A stretch of 63,864 nucleotides of DNA, filler included, from Kipferlia bialata (taxonomy: Eukaryota), in assembly GCA_003568945.1 (NCBI GenBank). It is 4 parts of 4 records of this genome, joined end to end, with 100 filler letters (N's around TTAATTAATTAA, not from the genome) between each part and the next. Parts side by side here need not be neighbours in the genome. Positions count along the whole stretch, not along the records: positions 1 to 23,612 come from BDIP01000252.1; positions 23,713 to 47,288 come from BDIP01000253.1; 2 more parts are not named here. One strand, written 5' to 3'. The notes under the pieces were generated by a model. That model had not been told where the DNA came from, did not search any database, and saw only the letters and a list, made by a program, of their open reading frames with translations. Below are positions 14,041 through 27,027 of this stretch, piece by piece (the first letter of the stretch is position 1; each line of letters opens with the position of its first letter). A program made the position numbers and the translations under genes.

Positions 14041-14670
14041 ATGGCTCGTCGTCCCGCCTGTTGCTACCGCTACCAGAAGAACAAGCCCTACCCCAAGTCT
14101 CGCTTCTGTAGGGGAGTGCCCGACCCCAAGATCAGAATCTACGATCTTGGCAACAAGAAGGCTGATGTGTCTGAGATGCCCTACTGCTTCCACCTTTGCT
14201 CTGGAGAGAAGGAGCAGGTCTCCTCTGAGGCTCTTGAGGCTTGCCGTATCGCTTGCAACAAGTACATCACCAACCAGTCCGGCCGTGAGTCCTTCCACCT
14301 GAGGATCCGTGTCCACCCCTTCCACGTGCTTCGCATCAACAAGATGCTTTCCTGTGCTGGTGCCGATAGGCTCCAGACCGGTATGAGAGGTGCTTGGGGA
14401 AAGCCCCAGGGCACTTGCGCCCGTGTCGCCATCAACCAGCCCCTGATGTCCGTCCGCTGCAAGGAGTCCGCTCGCCCTCACTGCGCTGAGGCTCTTCGCC
14501 GTGCCAAGTACAAGATTCCCGGCCGTCAGTTCATCGTTGCTTCTGACAACTGGGGATTCACCAAGTGGACTCGTGAGGAGTACCAGGAGCTCGAGGAGGC
14601 TGGCAAGCTCAGGTCTGATGGAGTGATCGCCAAGCTCATCAGCAACAAGGGCAAGTTCCCCACCGCTTAA
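14041..14670 (+). CDS. RPL10: 60S ribosomal protein L10 (uL16)
   Basis: Intronless 209-aa [38 protein letters not shown]...[31 protein letters not shown]. Confidence 0.99.
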   Translation: MARRPACCYRYQKNKPYPKSRFCRGVPDPKIRIYDLGNKKADVSEMPYCFHLCSGEKEQVSSEALEACRIACNKYITNQSGRESFHLRIRVHPFHVLRINKMLSCAGADRLQTGMRGAWGKPQGTCARVAINQPLMSVRCKESARPHCAEALRRAKYKIPGRQFIVASDNWGFTKWTREEYQELEEAGKLRSDGVIAKLISNKGKFPTA

Positions 14671-14872
14671 GCAGCTTAAGGAATAGATACTTGATGTTGA
14701 TTATTGATGTATTAGAATGGTACTAGGCCTAGTATATGTAGTTCGACTTTGCTTCCCTATGTATTGGTTTATTCGATAGAATACCAATGGCTGTTTGTCT
14801 GTGTCCACCGAAAGACATAAGGCTACTACTAGGCCTAGTAGCCCTCAGCTAAAGAATATTGTTTATTGCCAT

Positions 14873-16187
14873 CTAGTCTCTCCTAAGAGGCATGGTTTCC
14901 TTCACTATCTCCTGCCCGGGGCGCATGGTCCAGATCATCAGGGTGTCTCCTGTGGAAATCTCCCGCTCATCAGCTGCGCGGAAGGCGGCAGTCAGGACAC
15001 GCTTGGCCTCCTCTGCGGTAACAGGGTCCCTGGCCTTGAGCTCAGCATCAAGAACAGGCAGAACCAGGGACTCTCCGGCTCCAGATGCGGCGTATGGGGC
15101 CTTGAGTACACAGCCCACGGCATCATATGTGTATATGGCACAGGTGTTGTCCTGCCTGTTAGTCGCGTGGAAAGTGGGGCAGAAGCATAACTATATCGCA
15201 ACATCCAATTACACCGGACCCCCACCTTGGTATCGACTCCAGCCAGGATGTTGAAGGTGTAGAAGGGGAAGAACCGGCGGCTGAATTGTGAGTGTCACAG
15301 AACAAAGGACGTTGGTATCTATACTGTTTAGATACACATACTGTGTCAGTGCCAAGGTATGATTACGTACTTGTAGAGAGTGGTGGCCAAGAGCTGGGCG
15401 AAGGCAGCGACACCCATCTTGGTGCGTGCCTGGTACTCATACTCCTGAGGGTCAGTATCTCTCCAACAAGAGCCTGATAACAAAGACCCAAGAATAGAGG
15501 GGTATTCAGTAACAGCTCACACATAACTACTAAACTATACCTGCTGCCTGATTCCAAGCTCCTTCCTGAGCCCAATCATGTCAGCGTGCATGCCAGCTGA
15601 CATGAGTGGTCAGTGACACTAGGACACCAACAAAGAACAGAACAGACTCCCCAGTGCCATTACCATACTATAAACACATCTTGTACCTGTACCCATAACA
15701 ATGTTCTCGTTGAACTGTGACAGCTTGGGGATATCCCTGGAATGAGAACAGGTGAGATTCATCAGTGACACTATGTGACACCGGTATTGCTTATTGTACA
15801 CCCAACGCAGTGTTGAGTCATCTAAGCATTCCCTCTATCAAAGTTGTGCACCATACTTAAGTTGCAGTATCATTACTGATGTACCTATATGACTACAACC
15901 AGAGTCGCACTATACAGTGACCCACCTGTGGAGAATGTTGTATCCGTCGGACATACGGGTATCTCCAGCAATAAGCACGTAGTCAGGGCCAGCAATAGCC
16001 ACACATGTGCTGGAATAAGGTGATTAGGGGACACACAGAACGGATATACAAATACACAAAAGGAGTGATACCACTTCTACGGTCCATAGTGTTCGCAATA
16101 CCACACCAAAATACATTATTTTCACCAATAGAGGACGAAATAGTGCATCACTCACCCTCCGTTGTCCGTGTATGGACTGAAGGACAT
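14873..16187 (-). CDS. PSMB1: 20S proteasome subunit beta type-1 (beta6/Pre7); multi-exon
   Basis: N-terminus MSFSPYTDNGG. Further exons give IAGPDYVLIAGDTRMSDGYNILH, DIPKLSQFNENIVMG and RRFFPFYTFNILAGVD. The C-terminus is AAFRAADEREISTGD...ETMPLRRD*. Confidence 0.95.
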
Positions 16188-16324
16188 CTTCTTGTACGTT
16201 AGAGGGGTAAAGGGATGATCTCATCTCAGGAACCAAGAGTCTACACAAAAAAATATCCAAAGGGTACAATAGAGCAGTTGATCGCCACTGAGCGCCTATC
16301 TACTCTGCGGACAACAGCTGCAGG
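16188..16324. promoter_or_regulatory. Probable bidirectional promoter between PSMB1 and WDR92
   Basis: 137 bp separate two divergent ATGs. The call is inferred from arrangement only. Confidence 0.55.
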
Positions 16325-16887
16325 ATGAGTGCCCTATCCGATCCTCATGTCATTCAGCTGCACAGGAAGTCTGTGTCACATACGGTTTATGATTTGGCGT
16401 GGGTACGTGAATTGTTCATGCATGTATGACCCTGAATCGAGCACTCCAATATGCTCTCACCCCCCAGGTCCCTGTGTCTGGCAGACTCATAGAGGTCGGT
16501 ATCTCCCCTAGAGGCACAGGTGGGTGCCTGTGATGTGGTATTGCGCTGCACTGGTACCTGCGTGTACGAGAGTCTGATCTCCAGGTGTGCTCTCTATGTG
16601 GAAGCTGGATGAGAAGGACCTCAAGTGTGTGGCCGAGCACAACAAGGCAGCAGGTCTCAGGTGTGCATAGTGCTCCTTTCCCTCTTGGAACCACTCTCTG
16701 TAAGCTCAGTCCTTAACACATCAGGTGTTGCACCTTTGGGGGGAGCCTTCTGCCCAGGAGACATGTCTCTGCAGGAGACTTCGATGGTATATATATATGT
16801 ATATGTATATATATAATATATATGTATATAATGCTGGCACTCCCAGTGCATCAAGTTATTATTCTATTTCTCTGTCTCTCTCTCAGT

Positions 16888-16921
<34 letters not shown>

Positions 16922-18650
16922 TCTGTGTTACTCCCTGCCAGGCCGCCTTCTTGTCTGGGACATAGAGGACATGTCCCGGCCTGTGTACCACACCAAGGGA
17001 CACGAGGGCATCATCAACACCATCGATGCAGTGGGAGGCAGGTAGGGAACGTAGGCACTGCTCCAGACCTCAACAATCACTGCCACCCTTGTTGTTTCTC
17101 TCTCATATGGATGTGTATATTTGTATGTGAGTATCAGATGTGGGATCTGACCGCTAGGGACGCTAATGCTCTGGGTGCCCCTGAGATTGTGACGGGAGGT
17201 GCTGATGGAGTGGTCAATGTGTGGGACACCAGGTGCCCATACGATCTATCTGCCTCTGCCCCTCTCTCCATCTGATATCTATGTGTCTCTCTGATACTGA
17301 TGCCTCACATCTTTTCTTACATCAGACAGGCAGGGGACCCCGTGGCAACCCTCAAGCCCAGCGCTGACTCTATGGGAGAGAAGCAGGTGCGGTTGTGACC
17401 TGATCTGACCTGATCTGATCTGATCTGTCGTGGTCAGTCTCTCTGCCCACCATCATACCCTCGTCTATATGGTCTTACCCCCAGGGTGTGAAGCAGCGCC
17501 CCGACTGTTGGTGTGTGAGGTTTGGGGGATGCAACGGGAGTGACGGCCAGCGGACAGTGGCTGCCGGGTACGACAGTGGAGACCTCAAGCTGTGGGACCT
17601 CAGGGCGATGAAGGTGGGTATATATCTCATTGCCATGACGTTGGGGTGCCTAAGCTACACTCTCCCAGGGGTTGCTGTCCATCTCTTTCTCTCTCCCGTT
17701 ATGCATACTGGACTGGGACACAATGGATCACAGTTCTCGGGCTTTGCTTCCTACTTTGGGTGTAGTGTGAAGGCTACCCTCGTCTCACACTCAGGTGTCC
17801 TGGAGCCACCACTTTGACAACGGCATTGCCTCCCTTGACTTCGATAAGCAGGTAGGGTGTATTCATATAGTATATATGTATATATGTATATAGTATAGAA
17901 ACAGGTAGTATATACCTATAGAGTAAAGACGCAGGGTAGGGACTCAGTCTCGAAGACGGGTATCTCTTCCCCTCGCTGTGTCTCATCCTGTGTCATGGTG
18001 TCTATATCTATATGATATATATATATATATATCTATATGATACCGACACTGTCTCACCCCTCAGGAGGGTGAGCCCAATAAGCTTGTCCTTGGCACCCTG
18101 GAGGGCAGGATGATATCCCTCGACCTCCAGACACTCAACCCCACCACAGGGTACCCCTTCGTGTCCACAAAGGTACGGTGTATACGGTGTGCTGAAATGT
18201 GTAGATGCAGGGTGTACTCTGCTCTCTCTCTTGATCTAATTGCGAGATATCGAACGAGGGCAAGGGTAGCTCTGTGTGGGCCATCAAGCATGCCCCCAAC
18301 CACCCCAACCTGTGGCTGTCCAGCTGGGCGGGGAGGCTAGGTACACGGGGTGGCATATGCTCTGTCAAGTGTTGGTGTAGATACTCTCTCTCCCTCCCCC
18401 CACCCCAGGTGTCTTTGAGTACAAGTACCCGGAGCAGAGGTCCAGGACAGACCCCCAGGTGCTGTCTTCCCATCTCTCTCTCTCTCTCTCTCTCTCCTTC
18501 CTCTCACCCTCAGATGGGCAAGCAGGGGGTGGCTGGTACTGTCAACATGGTATCCGACTCAATCCTCAGTAGCCAGCCAGTCAACTCCATATCCTGGAAC
18601 AGGTGTGCACTCGCTACTCTATTCTCTCTTGAGTTTGATACATGAGTATG

Positions 18651-18697
<47 letters not shown>

Positions 18698-18790
18698 GCA
18701 CTCCCTCACCCCAGGGAGAAGGAGGGTCTGGTTGCATGGTCATGCTTCGACCAGACAGTCTGTGTGGGTATGGTCAACAACCTCGATTAG
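16325..18790 (+). CDS. WDR92: WD repeat protein 92 (DNAAF10/Monad), dynein assembly/R2TP cofactor; multi-exon
   Basis: Exons give MSALSDPHVIQLHRKSVSHTVYDLAW, VWDIEDMSRPVYHTKGHEGIINTIDAVGG, GAPEIVTGGADGVVNVWDTR, RPDCWCVRFG, VAAGYDSGDLKLWDLR, ILSSQPVNSISWN and EGLVAWSCFDQTVCVGMVNNLD*. Confidence 0.93.
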
Positions 18791-20035
18791 ATGCAGGGTT
18801 AACGGGATCTGTAATTCTCAGTTTTGTTCTAGTTTCGTGTCTTGTGCCTTTAGTGTATTTGTAGCAATAGATTGCGTTTATATAGACTGAAATTCTGCCC
18901 GTATCAGAGGTTTCAATACAGAATAGTAGGAATATGGGTATACCATCCTATTGGAGTGTCTCTATGGTATCAAGAAGAGGACAAATGTCTGGGATTTCTC
19001 AAGTAAGGCTCCGATCATACAGTAGAGGATATGAGACCCTTAGTGGCCCCCGACCAATCTGTCTGACGCCGAGCTTTGGTCCCAAGCCTTTGGAGCAAGG
19101 TGGCAGAGGTTAGCCATCTCAGAAGATCTACGACTCGGTTGACAATACTGAGCACTACAGACGGATGGTGTGCCTCTGGGGTACGTTGAGGAAAGCAGTG
19201 TCAAGTTGACACTGTCAACTGGAATGGTCCCATGTTGAGACTCTCAACTGAATGGTCTGTGACTTGAGGTCAGGAAACACTTAACGGGTAGAGATCTACA
19301 GACTGCATTCACCACTAGGGACACACTTCTCACCCCATCTATTGGTTATGAGCACAAAGCGTTCGATTCCATTTGATGGCGTTACGCGACACGTGGAATT
19401 AGTGGTCGCGCATGTTTGGGATAACTGAATAATTCAGCTTGAATTTGACGGCTTGTCCTGTCGCTATGTTGCATGAATCTTTAGTATATATATATGACAG
19501 TCCCATCATGGGACTCCTATGGAACAGGAGAATGGTATTTACCCGTCTCTTTGTCAAACATAATATAGGACATATGTTAGCACTCTTTAGGCATCCATAC
19601 ATATATTCAGTGCACCAGGAACTCCCTTTAAGGGAGTCCCTTATACGACCTGAATTTGTAGACTACTAATAGTAGTACACCTTCCTTATCACTGAGATCT
19701 ATCTGTAAGGATTCTCCGACCTCAATTTGTATATAGAACATGATCTAATGTGTCTGAGATAGCATGACCATCTTGATTCCGGCGGGTGAGACTAGGAAAC
19801 TTAGCTTAGCTAAGTTAGCTAGTCTCGTGTACATATGGAATGCTCGACCCCGACGACTAAGAGGGTCAAGACGTCACCGGCCAAACTGAGAACCAACTTT
19901 ACCAAGACTGCTATCACACAGTACATTCACCATGCATGAGTTCTCTCGGGGGAGTTCTGTGACGGAACCGTCAATTTCTATGACCTGCATGATGAAACAT
20001 AAAGAACAAGGGACGAAGGCATCTTTTCATTGGCC

Positions 20036-23000
20036 TTATCGATATATGCAACTAGACCTAGCGATGCCTTCAGAGACATGTATGTGAGAGTTGAAAGAGG
20101 TGAATACACTAGTATTCGATGTACACTCTACATAGGGTAGCCGTCCAGCAGACTCTTGGGCTCCTCTGGATCCGCCTGATGTTGAACACCAGAGCAGGGT
20201 ATAGAGCTGTACGGGTGTAGACACACCATACGGAAGAGCTGGGGGCATTGCCAATAATAATGACGAATCATAGAGAGGCTCCCCAGGGACATCACAGGAC
20301 TGGTAAACCTCGCTCATGATGATAGTGATACGAGAGAGAGAGAGAGTGGTGTCCCCAATAGCCATGTTATCGGCAGGGCTGCTCCCTCTGTCTGGTTGAC
20401 ACAGGTAGAGAGACTCAGTCTGTCCCTACATCGGTTCGGCGGATGCGTTCTATCTGACGCTCCCACGGGTCGCTAACGTGACACCACTGTATGTACCTAC
20501 AGTTACGTGACATAATGACATGCCACGATATACCATGTGTATGTGGCATTGACAGCGAAGTCCGACCTGCCCACAAGTGGCAGAGCCTCTGCAAACATCG
20601 AGGGTGACAGCACTCAACCACGCAGCCATCCCAGAGGACCATGCCTCCATTGGTGTATGGCTCCACTGGTGTATGCCTAGGTCTGTATCTCTGTCTATGC
20701 CTAGGACTGGTGGAAGGGCAGGGGCGGGTGGGCCTCTGGTATGGGTGCAGAGAGGGCCTTGGCAGCTCGAACATGCCTCAGTCTCTCCCGGTCCCTTGGG
20801 TGAGGCTGACAGTGATGGAAGAGAAGAAGCACCAGGTACCTATATACATCGTCCTCCAGGGCGTCGTTGGAGCTGACCAGCTTGGCGTAGAGAGTGAGCC
20901 ACTGCTCAGAGTCCTTGATGTGCTGGTCCCTGAGGGGTCAGAGAGAGAGAGGCTGGGAGAGACACGCACCGAGAGTGAGAGTGAGTATGGCCGCACCTGA
21001 ACCCTGCGAATGCCTCAGCCTCAGAGTGCAGTCTCTGGCTAGTCTTCTTGACGCGGTAGAGAGAGTGTGCGATCCAGCGGATATGGTCCCGTATGGCCTG
21101 GGATATGCGTGTGACTGTGCTACAGAGGGCAGCCTCGGTCTCAAACACCTAGGGGTAAGGGGGTAAAGAGAGAGGGGAGGACACACAATGAATTGGTTGC
21201 AGGGCCTGGTACCTCTATGGGAGGGAAGGAGAGCCCAAACGACACACTCTTGGGCGGGGACACCACTCGTTCTGTCTCTCTGTCCCTCTCCTTCTCCTTC
21301 TCCTTCTCTCTCTCTCTCTGCTCTGTGGCCCCAGGGGTAGAGTGCACAGTCACCATAGCCTGGCATGGGAAGAGAGGGAGGGGTATGTAACTCGACAACT
21401 AACACGGTACCCGAAATATACCTTTGGGAATAGGGGACCTCCCAGAATACGCCTCACCACCTGACCGATATCGAGGAGGGGGGGTGTCCCTAGGTCCTGG
21501 GGTCAGACACAAGAGGCCTCTAGACAATAGGCCAATGAAAGGAATTACCAAGAGTAAGGAATCACAATACTTTGGCAGAGATATGGCAGGATATGGCCCA
21601 TGTACCTCTCTGTCCTCTAGGATGTCGTCTATGAGGTCATAGCACTCATTGTACACCTCGCTCGCTGCTATGTCGGCATAGTAGTCGTCTATCTGACATG
21701 TGAGATGTACATATACAAATGTATATACAAACGAGAGATATGTACAGTGAAATAGGCAGTGACTCAAGTGACGAGAGACAAGGTGTACATAGGTGTGATA
21801 CCTCCTCTGTCGCTGCATCACAGACGTCGTCCACCCTGTCCTGCCCCCTTGCTGTCTCCAGGGCATGGACCAGGGCCGAGGTGGCCCTGAGTGAGGGAGG
21901 GGGGGGGGGGGGATATATGCACTATAATGTGTTAATGCATACAGCCTCGCCAAACGACATTGCATTGATACACAGGACACTTCAGATACTTCCTCTGCGG
22001 AAGAGTGTCAATGTGACAACAGACCCACCTGTATATCTGCAGCAGTGACGCATAGAGAGACGCAATCTGTGCTGGCTGCACGTTGTTGGGGTCCGAGAGT
22101 GAGATAGATGCCGCAGTCTCCTCACAAGAGTCGCGGCCATCCCTATCCCTATCCTTCCCGTCTCTCTCTCTCTCTCTCTCTCTCCGATTCCTGTTCCGCT
22201 GCCCTTGGGGCGTGGACCCGTCCCTCTCCTTCCCTGTGGCACTGCGGTTTCTCTTTGTGGGGGTGACTGACTCTCTCTCTGCTTTCCCGCTCTCCCTCTC
22301 TCTCTTGTGCTCCAGTATCCGCATGGCACTCAGCAGCCCATCCTGGGCAGTCTCTCCCCCTCTCCCCCTCTCACCCGCTCTCCCACTCACAGGAGAGTCC
22401 GACGGGTATCTCTCGGCCTCCTCTTCTCTCTCTCTCTCCTGGTCCTCTCTCTCCTGCTTTGCAATCACCTCCCGCACCTGCCTAGCGTGACGGGCCTTCT
22501 CTGGTGGTGAGACCGAGAGGTGTAGAGACAGGGAAAGAGGTAGGTACAGGGGACAAGGACCCAGTCCACTGACACAGGTGACACCACCCACCTGCTCTGA
22601 GTGCCCTCTGCAGAGCCACCACAGACCTGGTACCCACAGCTGGGCCACTGTCCCCATGAGTAGGGGCACTGGGGTGGGTGGGTGGGAGAGAGAGAGAGAG
22701 AGAAAGGATATATACAGAGAGACACGGTATCAGGAGGAACACATACCGAAGCTTAGCATTCCGGACGCGCTGTGCATATTGTAGGAGAAGCAGGGTCTGG
22801 GGAATGGATCTGGGGTGAGTAATGACGACATATATAGATAGGGGGGATATTTATATACATATATTAATATAGTTACAAAGAGAAAGCGCAGCCCGTGACA
22901 TGTGATATACCTAGCGCTTGGGGATATGGAGAGACAGAATGCCACTCTGGCGCCAGAGAGGAGTGCCGGGGCCAGGGCCTGGTATTAGAAAGCAAATAGT

Positions 23001-23612
23001 GGCGTATTCAATGAGTCCCTCTGGATACAAGTACACCACCACGCACCTTTGTGAGTGAGCTCTCTCTGACGGGGGTCCTCTTCCCACTGAGGCTGGACAG
23101 GACCCGGGACAGGGCGCTGAGCCCGTCGGAGTTGGCACGGCCACTGCCTAAGGGTAAGAGACAGGGAGAGACTGTGTGAGACGTGACGCCTGCAGAGAAC
23201 GCACCTAGCTCTGCAAGGACCAGCTCCCCCTCGCCCCCCTGGGGCCTGGCATACACCAGCAGGTGCCCTAGGGGTGGGGGTGTGGGCATGCGGGACCGGG
23301 ACATCGGACTCTTCCTGCAGGGTGAGACAATGTGTATGGGACAGAGCCCGGCAAACACTGAGGATGCACCCCTTCGCCTCCGGGTGCCCTACCTGAGGCT
23401 CGCCTCGTTCTCTGTCACGTGTCTGGCCACCAGCGTGTCTAGCCACCCGTCCAGAATGGACAGGGCCTGAGGTGGGAGATATATATGAGAGACATGACAC
23501 GGGAGATACAGACATGACCTGACATGACAGGATGCGCAGAGCACCCCATATTCAGTTCAGCCCCCCCCCCCCTCCACTATAAACTCAGATGCGTCCTACC
23601 TTACCCACCGTT
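20036..23612 (-). CDS. Hypothetical multi-exon protein, 5'-truncated at contig end
   Basis: A series of minus-strand exons with canonical splice sites, e.g. ILDGWLDTLVARHVTENEASLR, KARHARQVREVIAKQERE, IDDYYADIAASEVYNECYDLIDDILED and FETEAALCSTVTRISQAIRDHIRWIAHSL. No family was recognised and the 3' end is uncertain. Confidence 0.55.
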
Positions 23613-23732
23613 NNNNNNNNNNNNNNNNNNNNNNNNNNNNNNNNNNNNNNNNNNNNTTAATTAATTAANNNNNNNNNNNNNNNNNNNNNNNNNNNNNNNN
23701 NNNNNNNNNNNNTATATATATATATATATTAG

Positions 23733-26700
23733 AAGCTCTTACTGGCCATCCTCACAGCATGTGGAGTGCTGTCCTGCCTAGGTATGTATGTATATACATA
23801 TATATATATATTGTATTATGTGTTTGAATATATATATGTATGTGTCACGGCATGTTTTGTGCTATCCTGTCTAGGTATCTAATGCGTACTTATGTTTAAG
23901 TATGGACTCATATTCGAATCAATGGTCTCTCCTCCCCTGCTCTCTCTCACACACACTCTCTTACTCCGGTACACAGATTCTCTCTCCCTATATATATATA
24001 TGTTTACATATTGACAAGGAGTGTGGGTCTCATTCTTCAGGATATGCACGCCCCCCCCCTGACATCGTGTCTCAATATATGTGTGTGTATATGTGTAATC
24101 ATGTATGTATCATTTAATCTCATTCTTCAGGATGTGCCCTGCTCCCCTCCGACAACCTTGTTGCAGCCTGTGCCATCTACATTGTGGGACTGTTTGGGTT
24201 CCATGCCGCAAACATCTTCTACGGTATGTCTGGCAGTCACCTGCATACCATGTATATCTTGCTTTATATACACTATTACGGTGCATATATGTATTACACG
24301 CATATACTCCCTAGACTAGCCTCCTGCATTAACTATATATTATTCCAGACTCTTTTCTCCCCAGACCTGGCATTGTTTCTCTGTCTCTCTTTCTCTATAT
24401 GTATATATGAATACTATTCTATATACACTCTCACCCTTAGACTCCCTGCTCCCCGGCATTGTCTCGTCCAACGAACAGGCAGACACAGTGTCTGCCATGG
24501 GATTTGCGGCAGGTACATATATATAGTATATATAGTATATATAGTATATATAGTGTATATAGTATATATAGTGTATATAGTATATATAGTATATATAGTA
24601 TATACAATAATGTACATATTCTAATTGCTGTATACAAGTGAACAGGCAGACACAGTGTCAGCAATGGGATTCGCAGCAGGTGTGTAAGATTTAGCATATG
24701 TATGTATGACTTGTGTGGGTATATAGTATTGTGTTCCATGTCCCCACACACACATACACATAAACGCACTATGTATTTGTGTAATCTTCCTCTCTCCCTC
24801 TTATCTCTGACATTAGCCTCCATTTCCTAGTCTGCCATATTCTCTTTCTCTCATTCTGGCTATATATATATATATATATGTATAACCTCTCTCTCTCTCT
24901 CTCATCTCTAAGGCTACATTGGTGGTGGACTCCAGTTCTTGGTCCAGCACACTCACTCTCTCTCTCTCTATATATATATACATGTATATATATATCCCCT
25001 CTCTCTCTCATCTCTTAGGCTACATTGGTGGTGGCCTCCAGTTCCTGGTCTGTGTCTACCTCTCTCTCTCTCTCTATCTCTCTCCCTCTCTCTACATATA
25101 TATACTTACCAAAGGATACATTGGGGGTGGTCTGCAGTTCCTGGTCTGTGTCATCCTGTACCTGGTACTGGACAGCACTGTGCTAGCTGTCAAGGTATAC
25201 TTATATACCACTATACATACATATATACTATTATATATAGATATATATGCTATGTGTGTGTGTGTGTCTGTGTCATCCTGTACCTGGTGCTGGACAGCAC
25301 TGTACTCGCTGTGAAGGTATACTGTATTTATATATATATATATATATATGTGTGTCTCTGTGTAGTTTTTGATTACGAATAGTACTTATTGTGCTTACCC
25401 TAGATCTTTGCCTTCACTGCCAGTGTATATATGGTAATATGAATCAATATATATAAACATATGTGTATTCATATCATGTGTAGTACTAATTGCTAACCCT
25501 CTGATCTCCTTTGCCTTCACCGCTGTCTGGTGGACCATCTTCACCCTGCCCCTGCTGTTCAACGTGCCAGAGATAGGTATAACAAAGGATATATAATACT
25601 GTATATCCATTTCCATTGTTAGTTACTGAATTATTGTATACATATATGAGTGTATGTTCTCTTCACCCTGCCTCTACTGTTCAATGTACCTGAGATAGGT
25701 ATATATACACATGCATATGGGTAGAGAGCAATATATGTATGGCGGAGTGTATAAGTGTAACTGTATCTATAGTATGAGTTCACCCTGCCCCTGCTCTTCA
25801 ATGTACCTTAGATACTTGTCTCATGCTAGGCTCTGCCACAATGCCTGTGTCCATGGTGCCTACTATATACATCATTGTACATTAGGTATATCATTGTACC
25901 TGTCTCACTGTAGGCTCTGCCGATGTGCCTGTGTCTGTGCCTGACCGTGCAGAGGGAGAAGCAGAGGGTAGTGACAGCACAGAGGTGTATACAGTATGTA
26001 TATACTCTGATATGTATATACTCTGATATATATATACTCTGATATATATATATATATGATATGTATGATATATATGATCTGACCGTGTGGGGGGAGAGGG
26101 CAGTGGCAGCACAGAGGTAAAGAGGAGTCAGTCATAATTGTATATTGTATTCTTCATATTCTCTATTCTACACGTAGATATGTCTCAATAGTACTATTAT
26201 CACCCTTACTCCCGGTCACCAGAAGAGAAGCAGTCATAACCCATATACATGTATTTATGTATATAAATATGTATATATACTATATGTCCTATTAGTCTAC
26301 TAACCCAGGTCACCTCTGAGTCCAAGCAGTCCTTCTGGAGTGTGCTCAAGTTTTCACTGGTGGAGGTGGGGCATATCAGATATTTGTGCATAGATACGTG
26401 TATTCATTTAGTGACGGGTGCCCAAGTTCTCACTGGTGGAGGTGAGGCAGACTATGTATATCGAGTCCTTTTACCTTCTGACACTATATACATGTATTAA
26501 TTGTATCAGGAGTGTCCACAAGTTCTCACTGGTGGAGGTGGGTCTGTTAGTTGCTGTAGTGTTCGAATACATACATAAAATAATGAATTGTTCCAATAGT
26601 GATACATCCCATATATTTTTATATATCCTTCAATCAGGTCAAACTCGTCTACATTTATACATATATATACCAACACCAGGTTGTTGACACCTTCAAGCAG

Positions 26701-26994
26701 GTCAAGCTCCTGTCCAACTGTGCCTTGTTCCTATTGGCATACTTCCTGGTAAGCAGTGCTATACAGTGTGGTATAGTGTATAAAGCATATATAGTATGTA
26801 TATAGTTACTATTATACCTTTCTACATATGAATATGTTATATATCCAACTGTGCCCTGTTCCTGTTGGCATACTTCCTGGTATACACGCTATACCACATA
26901 CACTATCAGATATACTATATACATATATAGGATAAGTACTGCTTTCTATAGACTGTGCCCTGTTCCTGCTGGCATACTTCCTGGTGGGTGAATG

Positions 26995-27027
<33 letters not shown>

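Noticed and set aside
13942..14481. 179-aa antisense ORF over RPL10, and other long antisense or alternative-frame ORFs in Sec16
   Set aside because: They are shadow ORFs caused by codon bias and low complexity.
19196..19216. Short inverted repeat cagtgtcaa-g-ttgacactg (similar one at ~19620)
   Set aside because: These are isolated 8-9 bp stems with no TIR/TSD structure and could arise by chance.
19335..19380. gttcgattcc T-loop/box B-like motif
   Set aside because: No cloverleaf, anticodon arm or acceptor stem can be built around it.
23613..23712. Palindromic TTAATTAATTAA within N runs (also 47333-47344 and 60022-60033)
   Set aside because: An identical six-frame-stop linker padded by Ns is an artificial contig join. 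Synteny across these points is meaningless.
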